A stretch of 64,000 nucleotides of DNA, taken from IMG/VR virus record IMGVR_UViG_3300036861_001106, positions 1 through 64,000 of that record. One strand, 5' to 3'. The first letter of the stretch is position 1. Every line of letters begins with the position of its first letter. Below are positions 51,586 through 59,405 of this stretch, piece by piece. The translations under genes and the position numbers were made by a program. The DNA comes from a virus. Under the pieces are notes generated by a model. That model ran no database searches and was not told the origin of the DNA. It worked only from the letters and a program-made list of their open reading frames with translations.

Positions 51586-52161
51586 ATGGAGCGACGGGAC
51601 CTGTTTCGCAAGGCACTTGGCGCGGTTGCTGGCACAGCCTCGGCGCTGCTGGTGGGCCGCTACGTTGACCCGCCGGTGAGCGTGGCACGGCTGGAGGCGA
51701 CAGCCCTGGCGCCAGCCACGTTGGGGTTCTCCAGCCCGCCGCTTGAGCCGGGCAGCGTTGAGTGGTACTTTGCGGACGGCACCCTGAAGGGGACCACCGT
51801 GGTGCCCATCATCAATTACAAGGAAGATAGTGATCGCTACTTCATCCTTGCTGGTCACGTGCCGGCCATGTTGCTGGGCCACTGGTCCAAGACCCGGGTG
51901 CTTGACGTCGGTCTTGCCTGGACGTACTTGCACGGTGAGCGCGGTGACCTGACCCTGGGTGTGCCGGCAACTGGTCCGCTGGCCCCGGGGACCCTCTTCA
52001 TGTGGGCGGAGGGTCCGGCGGCTGGCCGCTGGGGCGTCGTGACCAAGCCCTACCTGCAGTTGCCAAGCATCCAGCGCCATCTGGCGGACGGGAACTTCGA
52101 GGCGATGCTGGCCACCGAGGAGGGTCGTGTCCTCCTCGTGCACCGCAGCCAACTGGGCTGA
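51586..52161 (+). CDS. protein with Tat-like N-terminus
   Basis: MERRDLFRKALGAVAG twin-arginine pattern; AAGGAG SD. Confidence 0.6.
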   Translation: MERRDLFRKALGAVAGTASALLVGRYVDPPVSVARLEATALAPATLGFSSPPLEPGSVEWYFADGTLKGTTVVPIINYKEDSDRYFILAGHVPAMLLGHWSKTRVLDVGLAWTYLHGERGDLTLGVPATGPLAPGTLFMWAEGPAAGRWGVVTKPYLQLPSIQRHLADGNFEAMLATEEGRVLLVHRSQLG

Positions 52162-52172
52162 GGGAGACCACC

Positions 52173-52340
52173 ATGACACTCAACCTGCTGCAGACTGTCG
52201 ACGCCCCGGAGAAGCCCATGGACCCGACGGCCCCGTGGTGGCCCAGGGAGGAGCCCCTGGCGCCGCCCACGGAGCCGGACGTGCCCTACGAGGCGCCGCC
52301 GGCGGACGATGAGCCGGACGACGATGAGGATGACGACTAG
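52173..52340 (+). CDS. small Pro/Asp-rich protein
   Basis: GGGAG SD, ATG; acidic tail. Confidence 0.5.
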   Translation: MTLNLLQTVDAPEKPMDPTAPWWPREEPLAPPTEPDVPYEAPPADDEPDDDEDDD

Positions 52341-53203
52341 CCGAAGCGGAGCTGGTCCCGGTACTTCGGGAGCGCCAGGTAGTGGTCCAGGACCCGCTGG
52401 CGCTTCCGGGGGAGGTAGATCGTGGCCCCCTCGTAGAGGAGGTTCACGATGGGGAGGCACTGAGCGTTGCCGTGAAACTGCAGCTTCCAGGCGGTCTTGC
52501 TGTTCTTGGCAGCGACGGTGTGACCACCAATCTCTGGTAGTTCGATTTTCAGATACTCATGTGCAGCCTTGGCAAATGCTTCGGTGGACACGATCTTGAT
52601 GGCGGCGTTCGGTGGGCATACCCCATCCTTGCGAGGGCGATTTCCAGCCTGGGATCGAAACATGCCGTCGCCGTCGAAGTAGCCGCGAAGATAATGCGGC
52701 TGCAAACGCCACGAGATGAAGTGCCAGGTAAGCTTTGTCGTCTTTCCTGGTATGATGCCAAATTTCTCAACATCTCGTAGAAGGTTGACCGAAACCAATG
52801 CGAGCCGGCTCGTGGGGTGTCCATTCGCAAGGTAATGGTACAGGGGATTTTCACACTCTGTGTCTCTCCTGAAAGACTCCAGGTGATCGGCATCTTTCGA
52901 TGAAAGATTTACGATTACAGAGTTTCTCTGCGGACAGGCGTAGCCGTCTGCAGCAAGGAAACCAAGCCAGTAGGCTTGGCGTTCAGTCTCAATTGAAGAA
53001 AAGTAGCCTTCATTGAGGCTGAACTTTCGCTGGCAAGCTGATCGGTCGCGCCTAGTTATGCCTGCCATTTTCAGACAGGCGTAGATTGGCATCTCTGAGC
53101 AGCCAAACAAAGCAGCGAGTTCGTAGGCGCTCTTGCCCTCTCGGTAGAGACGGCAAACGACTTCCTTCTGACATTCTGTGAGATGGCCTCTGTAGTTGCT
53201 CAT
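52337..53203 (-). CDS. free-standing double-motif LAGLIDADG homing endonuclease with N-terminal HTH
   Basis: AYWLGFLAADG and HYLRGYFDGDG; lower GC; opposite strand to the operon. Confidence 0.92.
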   Translation of the reverse strand: MSNYRGHLTECQKEVVCRLYREGKSAYELAALFGCSEMPIYACLKMAGITRRDRSACQRKFSLNEGYFSSIETERQAYWLGFLAADGYACPQRNSVIVNLSSKDADHLESFRRDTECENPLYHYLANGHPTSRLALVSVNLLRDVEKFGIIPGKTTKLTWHFISWRLQPHYLRGYFDGDGMFRSQAGNRPRKDGVCPPNAAIKIVSTEAFAKAAHEYLKIELPEIGGHTVAAKNSKTAWKLQFHGNAQCLPIVNLLYEGATIYLPRKRQRVLDHYLALPKYRDQLRFG

Positions 53204-53208
53204 ATCGG

Positions 53209-53237
53209 AGTCTACAGATTTTGTCTCCAAATGTCAA
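53209..53237 (-). promoter_or_regulatory. promoter for a leaderless LAGLIDADG mRNA
   Basis: TTGACA(53237-53232)-17-TAGACT(53214-53209), 5 nt before ATG at 53203. Confidence 0.7.
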
Positions 53238-53295
53238 CTGGCTGCCACGACTTTTTGCGGGAGCGTGGCTAAAAAGTGAAAGGAGGTGCGGTCTC

Positions 53296-54269
53296 ATGGC
53301 CGCTACCTTTCTCGTGGAACCAGCGTAACGGAGCGAGCGGCACGGCGACAGACCTCGGATCAAGCGGAAATTTGGCTTCAAGAAGTTGGCCCCTCGCGTA
53401 GGAATGCGTGAGTGAAAACGGCGTGAATTGCGGGAAGCCTACAGCGAAGGCCATGGTAATCCGCAGCCAAGCTCGACAGGGCACTGGTTGTCGAGAAGGT
53501 TCAGAGACTAGAGGGTGAGTCCCAACAATAAGCCCTCCACGAGCGCGCCGCACCCAGATCGGGTGATGAGATAGTCCAAGCATCGGGGAAACCCGGTGAA
53601 CTAGAACTTCAAGACCACGGACACGACGGGGATTGGAGATTACGCCGCGAATCCGGTCTCAGCCGGCTCGAACTCAATGGAAGTCGTACTGCGGATGCAC
53701 TTCACAGGGTCTGCGGCCCCTCCAGCCTGAAAGGGCTGGTCGTGATGGCGTGAATTCGGGGAAGCCTACAGCGAAAGCCATGGTAATCCCGACCCAAGCT
53801 CTCCAGGAATGGTGAGAAGGGCTAGAGACCAGAGCAAGTAGACGAGACCCGTCGAACGCTCCACGAGCGCGCCACACCCCTCGGGGTGATGAGATGGTCC
53901 GACACTCCGTGGAAACGCGGAGAGCCTTGGATAAAGAGCCAAGGTGTAACTGGTGCCTTCAACCGCATCGCCGACTTCCGATTCTGGCAATCGACGGCGT
54001 TCTCGCCGTCCACCGGCTTGCAGGTCTTCTGGTCCGGCACGCAGGTCATCTACCTGCAGCCGACCACCGGCACGTCGTCCATCGCCACGTCGTCCATCCC
54101 GACGACCGACCCTGGCACGGCGAACGTCAGCGTGGGTGGCTCCCTGACCGGATGCCTGACGACATCTGGTTTTACGGACCACATCTACCTTCAGCTCAGG
54201 ACTGCGTCCAACGCTGCGGCAGGTGACACATCGCTCGGAACTTTCACGGGCAGCTACACTGAGAACTAA
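53296..54269 (+). CDS. putative virion protein in three exons (53296-53377, 53605-53710, 53956-54269); needs a +1 shift at ACC TTT C
   Basis: AGGAGG SD; joined product ~166 aa: MAATFSWNQRNGASGTATDLGSSGNLA/NFKTTD...RMHFTG/SFNRIADFRFW...YTEN. Confidence 0.75.
53378..53604 (+). ncRNA. group I intron 1 (227 nt, ORF-less)
   Basis: P AATTGCGGGAA, Q AATCCGCAGC, R TCAGAGACTA, S GAGATAGTC; P1 GGCU/GGCC with U-G; P10 GAAGUU/AACUUC; terminal G. Confidence 0.92.
53711..53955 (+). ncRNA. group I intron 2 (~245 nt, ORF-less)
   Basis: P AATTCGGGGAA, Q AATCCCGACC, R CTAGAGACCA, S GAGATGGTC; P1 GGGU/GCCC; 3' site G53955 (alternative G53952). Confidence 0.88.
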
Positions 54270-54270
54270 G

Positions 54271-54465
54271 GTGCGTGCCACTGTCAGAATCCTGATCGCT
54301 GCCCTGGCCCTCTTTGCCAGCGCCTTCTGGCTCGCGCTCTCCGGCGTCATCTGGCTCGACTGCCCGTGGCTCGGTGCCCTGATGGGGGCCCTCGGGGGGC
54401 TCGCCTTTGGGGCGGCCCTCTGGCTGCTCGGGGTGCTCGACGAGGGGGCCAATGGCGCACACTGA
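54271..54465 (+). CDS. small two-TM protein (holin candidate)
   Basis: two hydrophobic helices; function unproven. Confidence 0.45.
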   Translation: MRATVRILIAALALFASAFWLALSGVIWLDCPWLGALMGALGGLAFGAALWLLGVLDEGANGAH

Positions 54466-54673
54466 GCTGATGCAGGTCACCTTCAGCGGGTACTGCTGGC
54501 GCTGCGGGGTGCGGCGGTTCAACGAGGTCTGCCTGGAGTGGCCGGTGCCCAAGGACTGGCTCGTCAGGGCCATCACGCGGCTGGAGGGGAGGGGCTGGTG
54601 CTTCGTCGATGGCACCAGCGAACACACCGCGCGGGCGTACTGCAAGCAGTGCGTGGAGGCCACGGAGGGGTGA
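54452..54673 (+). CDS. small Zn-ribbon protein
   Basis: CWRC...GW...YCKQC. Confidence 0.6.
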   Translation: MAHTELMQVTFSGYCWRCGVRRFNEVCLEWPVPKDWLVRAITRLEGRGWCFVDGTSEHTARAYCKQCVEATEG

Positions 54674-54933
54674 TGAGCCTGCGCGAGACCAACTTCGTCC
54701 TGGCGCAGCGAGCGCCCACCAGTAGCACCCTGCGGCTGGAGACGGCAAGCGGCGACCTGGTGACCGCGCGACCCTGGGACCGCGTCAAGGTCCCCCTGCT
54801 GGTGCGGTGGTGTGGCCGGGTGTTTCAATTTCAGTTCAACTCCTGCCACAGCCGCATTCACAACTTCCGCGAGCTGGCCCCCGAGGACGCGGCAACTGCC
54901 GTGGGGAGCTTTGAGGTGCACGAGCTTGAGTAG
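54673..54933 (+). CDS. hypothetical protein
   Basis: TGATG coupling. Confidence 0.55.
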   Translation: MSLRETNFVLAQRAPTSSTLRLETASGDLVTARPWDRVKVPLLVRWCGRVFQFQFNSCHSRIHNFRELAPEDAATAVGSFEVHELE

Positions 54934-54943
54934 AGGAGGTTCC

Positions 54944-55738
54944 GTGACCGAGATTGAGCTGACCGAGGCCCCCCGGGAGGGTGAGGCGCAGCGCGGGGAC
55001 TTTCGCATCCAGATTGCCCCATGCAACGTGACGGGGGAGCGCGCGAAGGTCATCAGCCACATGGCGGGCACCATCGACCTGGAGCTGGACAGCGGGGAGC
55101 AGAAGTCCCTCGACGTCTGGGTGAGCTACAGCGCCGAGGGGCTGGCGACGCTGCAGCGGACCCTGGAGGCAAGCCCCTTCCCGGTGGACCTGCCGACGGC
55201 GGAGGAGATTCGGAAGAACGTGAAGTACCAGTGGGTGGCGCACTACGCTGACGGGGAGGTTGTGGCGCAGTTCCCAGACGACCTGAACCTGGGGCACCTG
55301 GACCTGCCGCGCGTGCAGCGCCTCGTGCTTGAGCCGCGGGGGGAGAACGTCGACGGGCTGCCCCACTTCTGCCTGGACCGGCAGTGCGGCTTCCAGTACC
55401 TGGACCTGACGGGCATGTGGCAGCCCCTCTGTGACAAGGCGACGCGGGCCCCGTTGCCCTGCCCCACGGTGCCCTTCCACCTGGAGTACCAGCGCCGCGT
55501 GCACGTGACCTTCGTCGCGGGTCCCGGGGTGGAGGAGTGCTTCCCCCCGAGCGTGCGCCAGGAGCTGGGGTGGCGCGTCGACTGCCTGCACGGCGACGCG
55601 CAGGAGACCTGGTTCATGATCGCCGTCGAGGACAGCGACGGGACGTGGCAGGTGTGCCGCCAGGAGCCCGTGGGGTCACGGCACTTTGGCCCGCGGGTGA
55701 TCCCGGGTGACGTGCGGTTCATGGAGCCCTACGGGTGA
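54944..55738 (+). CDS. hypothetical protein
   Basis: GAGGAGG SD; YQWVAHYADG..V.QF motif seen in phage proteins. Confidence 0.65.
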   Translation: MTEIELTEAPREGEAQRGDFRIQIAPCNVTGERAKVISHMAGTIDLELDSGEQKSLDVWVSYSAEGLATLQRTLEASPFPVDLPTAEEIRKNVKYQWVAHYADGEVVAQFPDDLNLGHLDLPRVQRLVLEPRGENVDGLPHFCLDRQCGFQYLDLTGMWQPLCDKATRAPLPCPTVPFHLEYQRRVHVTFVAGPGVEECFPPSVRQELGWRVDCLHGDAQETWFMIAVEDSDGTWQVCRQEPVGSRHFGPRVIPGDVRFMEPYG

Positions 55739-55967
55739 GCCCCGAGGTGATCCTCCTCGACTTCTGGTGGCGCCTGCGCTGGCCGGCGCTGTGGCGGCTG
55801 CAGTGCTGACCGACGTGGAGCGGGCCGAGGCGCGCCTGCGGGCCGCCGCCGCCGTGGCGGACGAGCGGGACCGCACGACCGTGCGGGGCAGCGACCTGCA
55901 GCTCCTGCTGGTGCTGCTGACCAGCCTGCGGGAGCTGCTGGCGGACTGTCGACCGAGGGACTAATTG

Positions 55968-57665
55968 ATGGCTTGGCTTGTGGGTAGCTCAGACATTGCC
56001 AACCTCCGCGCGGACCTGTACGCCCTGTTGAGTGGCACCATGGCGGCTGGCACGCGCGGTGGTGGCCAGGCGGGCAATGGCGTCACCGTCGGTGGCACTG
56101 ACGCCTGGACGGCACTGGACGGGACCAACTTCATCATCCGCAGCCAGCGCACGGAGAGCCCCTGGACCTCGGAGTATGGACTCTACCGCGGCGCCCCCCG
56201 CTTCGCCGCCCGCACCACCAGCACAGTCTTCCAGTCCGCCATCCAGACGCAGCTTGGCAAGCCTGCCTTCAGCGGGGCCTACTCGGGTGGCACCGCGCGG
56301 GTCTACCTCGCGGCCTTCGTCTCGACGGCCAACGGCACCCCGGGCTCCCTGACGGGCACCGTCATCACCTGGACCCTGGTGAATGCCGACACGGCGGCCA
56401 CTGTGGCCTCTGGGACGACGAGTGCCTGGTCCGGGTCCACTGACACCAAGCTCATTACCAATGGCATCTCCCTCACGCTCACCCTCGGCGGCAGCGACCA
56501 GTTCGTGGGTGGTGCCAACGCCGTGCTCTGGCTGCGCGGCTACACCACCACGTTCACGCAGGGCATCGACTACTTCCCCGAGGCAGCAAACATCACCGGG
56601 GGCATCACGGTCTCCAACACCAGCGGGGGCAGCAACAACTACACGGGCGGTGGCACGGACTACACGCTGGTGCAGCAGGTGCACACGCACCCCATCGCCG
56701 TCGCCGACGCCAACACGATTGCCCCCTTCAGTGCCATCCTCGACTGGGGTGGCAACGGCTGTGGCTGCGGCATCGCCTGGAACGCAGGTGGCTCCCCGCC
56801 GGCAGTGGGGGCCAACTACTTCATCCCGGCGGACTACTCGCTGTACGGTGCTTACTACCAGGTGCCCAACCTCGTGGCCTCCACCGACTACAAGCTGACC
56901 GGGGCACCCATGGACGCGTGGGATGCCACGCTGGCGGTGGGCCGGTGGGTGATGACCAGCTCGACCACGACGCCCAAGTCCACGGTCAACACCACCCTGT
57001 TCTACGGCCGCGTGTTCAGTGGTGTGGGCCAGCCGACGAGTACCTTCATCAACTTCTGGATCAGCGTCAAGTCGGACAAGATCGTCATCATCCTCCGGGG
57101 TGACCCGGGGCAGAGTGGGCAGGTGACGATGCTGACGCTGCAGCGCGCCACAGCACTGGTGGCTGCCGACAAGCACCCGTGGCTCTTCGCCTGCACGGGC
57201 TCGGCACCGAGCACCGACGGCTGGTTCGCCTACGAGGTGACCTCGAAGTACACCTACGAGCAGCCCTACTACGGGACACCCGCCACGACCGTGACGAGCC
57301 TGGGGCTGGCAATGTGGTCTGGCCTCCTCTCCAGCAACGCAGGCCGCACCGTGTTCGCCGGCATCCCCACGGCCAGCCTGCCGATTCAGAACCCCAACAA
57401 CTTCGACCTGCGGTTCTGGCTCTACTCCATCTACCCCTACTGCCTCAAGGGGGGCAGCAACCTCGCAGGCACCTTCGACGTGACCAAGAACGCTGGCATC
57501 CGCAGCAAGCTGCAGGGCATCTGGGTCATCGCCCTGGACAACTTCTCCTCCCTGGACACTCTGGCTGACAGCTCGGGGAACTACCTGCTCTTCACCCCCA
57601 ACTCGGCCTTCGGGGCAGGCTCGGGGTCACAGGCGTACACAGACCTGGGCGTTTTGAACGAATAG
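55968..57665 (+). CDS. Thr/Gly-rich virion (tail-associated) protein
   Basis: composition, strong GC3 bias, position. Confidence 0.65.
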   Translation: MAWLVGSSDIANLRADLYALLSGTMAAGTRGGGQAGNGVTVGGTDAWTALDGTNFIIRSQRTESPWTSEYGLYRGAPRFAARTTSTVFQSAIQTQLGKPAFSGAYSGGTARVYLAAFVSTANGTPGSLTGTVITWTLVNADTAATVASGTTSAWSGSTDTKLITNGISLTLTLGGSDQFVGGANAVLWLRGYTTTFTQGIDYFPEAANITGGITVSNTSGGSNNYTGGGTDYTLVQQVHTHPIAVADANTIAPFSAILDWGGNGCGCGIAWNAGGSPPAVGANYFIPADYSLYGAYYQVPNLVASTDYKLTGAPMDAWDATLAVGRWVMTSSTTTPKSTVNTTLFYGRVFSGVGQPTSTFINFWISVKSDKIVIILRGDPGQSGQVTMLTLQRATALVAADKHPWLFACTGSAPSTDGWFAYEVTSKYTYEQPYYGTPATTVTSLGLAMWSGLLSSNAGRTVFAGIPTASLPIQNPNNFDLRFWLYSIYPYCLKGGSNLAGTFDVTKNAGIRSKLQGIWVIALDNFSSLDTLADSSGNYLLFTPNSAFGAGSGSQAYTDLGVLNE

Positions 57666-57688
57666 TTCGGCTGTAAAAGGAGTGCGCA

Positions 57689-58054
57689 ATGGCCTCGTTT
57701 GACTTCAACCAGACCGCCGCCGTGATCGACGGCACGACGACCACAACCTACCAACCAGTCGACTTCACCGACGCCAATGTCGCAAAGCATCTGGAGAAGG
57801 ATGTGAACGTCGCCGCGCTGGCCACGGACGCGGAGATCAGCCTGGACGGGCTGACGGTGAAGCACCTGCGGCTGGTCTGCGGGGCCACCATCTCCGTGAA
57901 GCTGAACGGCACGGGCAACACGGCCATCGCGTTGACCCCGAACGCCGACCACCCGGCGGTGCTGTGCCTCATCGGGTGCAACGTGACGTCGATTCACGTG
58001 ACCAACACCGGCGCCTCCGCCGTGGAGTTGAAGCTGATCGCAATGGCTGAGTAG
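57689..58054 (+). CDS. small beta-rich putative virion protein
   Basis: AAGGAG SD; VTSIHVTN. Confidence 0.6.
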   Translation: MASFDFNQTAAVIDGTTTTTYQPVDFTDANVAKHLEKDVNVAALATDAEISLDGLTVKHLRLVCGATISVKLNGTGNTAIALTPNADHPAVLCLIGCNVTSIHVTNTGASAVELKLIAMAE

Positions 58055-58063
58055 AGGAGGAAC

Positions 58064-58267
58064 ATGGGCAACTGGGCAATCACCATCCAGGGCATTGGTG
58101 CCCATCACAACAAGCTTAACTCGGGCGACGCCAACCGGATGGCCCGGAGATTTGTCCGGCAGTTGCGGAACGCGGGGCACACCGTCGTGCGGGCTGACTT
58201 CACGCACGGGGCCAACGAGGACCTCTGCGACGAGCACCTGGCACACCCGGACGATCGGCTAAAGTAA
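58064..58267 (+). CDS. small conserved-looking hypothetical protein
   Basis: GAGGAGG SD; MGNWAITIQGIGAHHN...DAN.MA..FV..L..AGH. Confidence 0.65.
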   Translation: MGNWAITIQGIGAHHNKLNSGDANRMARRFVRQLRNAGHTVVRADFTHGANEDLCDEHLAHPDDRLK

Positions 58268-58298
58268 GATTCTTCACGCGCGGCGAAAGGAGTAGGCA

Positions 58299-59201
58299 AT
58301 GCCCGAGCAGACCCTCGACATGCGCGCCTACATCTTGCCGCGCTACACCCCCACGGCCTTTGGTGACGCCCCGGACGACAGCATCGGTGGCATCGCCACC
58401 ACCGACGCGCCCCCCGCGCTCGACTACTACGAGGGTGAGCAGGAGCAGGCCACCACCCGCGGCGACGCCAGCCTCCCCGTCTACATCTGGGACCTGGGCG
58501 TGCCCACGGTCGGTGGCGTCGTCACCGTGCGCCTGCGGATGCGGGCCAACATCCGCAAGACGCAGGAGCAGACGATCCAGCTCCGCGCCAAGGTCACCAA
58601 CCAGGTCCTGCGGCAGATCCAGATTCGTGCCTACGTCGTGCGCCCGGTGCGAAAGACCATCAGGATGCGAGCCCGGATCTTCACGGGCGTCTCCACCAAG
58701 ACCATCCGCCTGCGCGCGAACGTCCGCAACACGGTGACCCGCACGCTCACCATGCGTGCGTCGATCCAGCGGCCCAACTTCCAGATTCAGCTCCGGGCCA
58801 GGATCACCAAGGCGGTGTCGCAGACCATCCAGCTCCGCGCGGCCATCACCCCGCAGACCCTGCAGAAGATCGATCTTAGGGCCAACATCCAGGCAGTGGC
58901 CACACAGTCGCTGCAGATGAGGGCAAGAATCCAGCCCTTCACCGACCTGCAGATGCGGGCGAGGATCCGGCAGGTCGTCTCGACTACGCTGGAGCTGACC
59001 TGGAACGCCGCCGAGCCCCTGCGGTCGCCGCTGCTCCTCACCTGGAACGCGGGCGAGGGCACGCGGACGTCACACGTCATCACGATGCGCGCGATGATCG
59101 TCAGCCCACGCAGCACGACGGTGGAGCTGGAGTGGCGGGTGGAGGCGCCGGTACCCGAGGGGCCGGTCACGGAGCCGATTCAGAAGCTGGAGACACCCTG
59201 A
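58299..59201 (+). CDS. beta-repeat fibre-like protein
   Basis: about 11 tandem ~14-aa repeats with core (I/L)x(L/M)RAx(I/V). Confidence 0.7.
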   Translation: MPEQTLDMRAYILPRYTPTAFGDAPDDSIGGIATTDAPPALDYYEGEQEQATTRGDASLPVYIWDLGVPTVGGVVTVRLRMRANIRKTQEQTIQLRAKVTNQVLRQIQIRAYVVRPVRKTIRMRARIFTGVSTKTIRLRANVRNTVTRTLTMRASIQRPNFQIQLRARITKAVSQTIQLRAAITPQTLQKIDLRANIQAVATQSLQMRARIQPFTDLQMRARIRQVVSTTLELTWNAAEPLRSPLLLTWNAGEGTRTSHVITMRAMIVSPRSTTVELEWRVEAPVPEGPVTEPIQKLETP

Positions 59202-59398
59202 TGCCAAGTTCAGAGGACTTTGAGCGGGTGCGCCCTCTCCTGCGGGAGGCAGCGCACTTGTGGAGCAACTACCGCGACTTCTACCGTCACTTGACGGTGG
59301 AGGAAAGGGTTTACTGCCTCCCACCCTCCCTGGTGGAAGATTTTGAACGGCTGGGGAAGGTGATCGGCGACGTCGATCTGACCATGGCTGACATCTAG
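59201..59398 (+). CDS. small hypothetical protein
   Basis: TGATG coupling. Confidence 0.45.
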   Translation: MPSSEDFERVRPLLREAAHLWSNYRDFYRHLTVEERVYCLPPSLVEDFERLGKVIGDVDLTMADI

Positions 59399-59405
59399 GG
59401 GCTAA

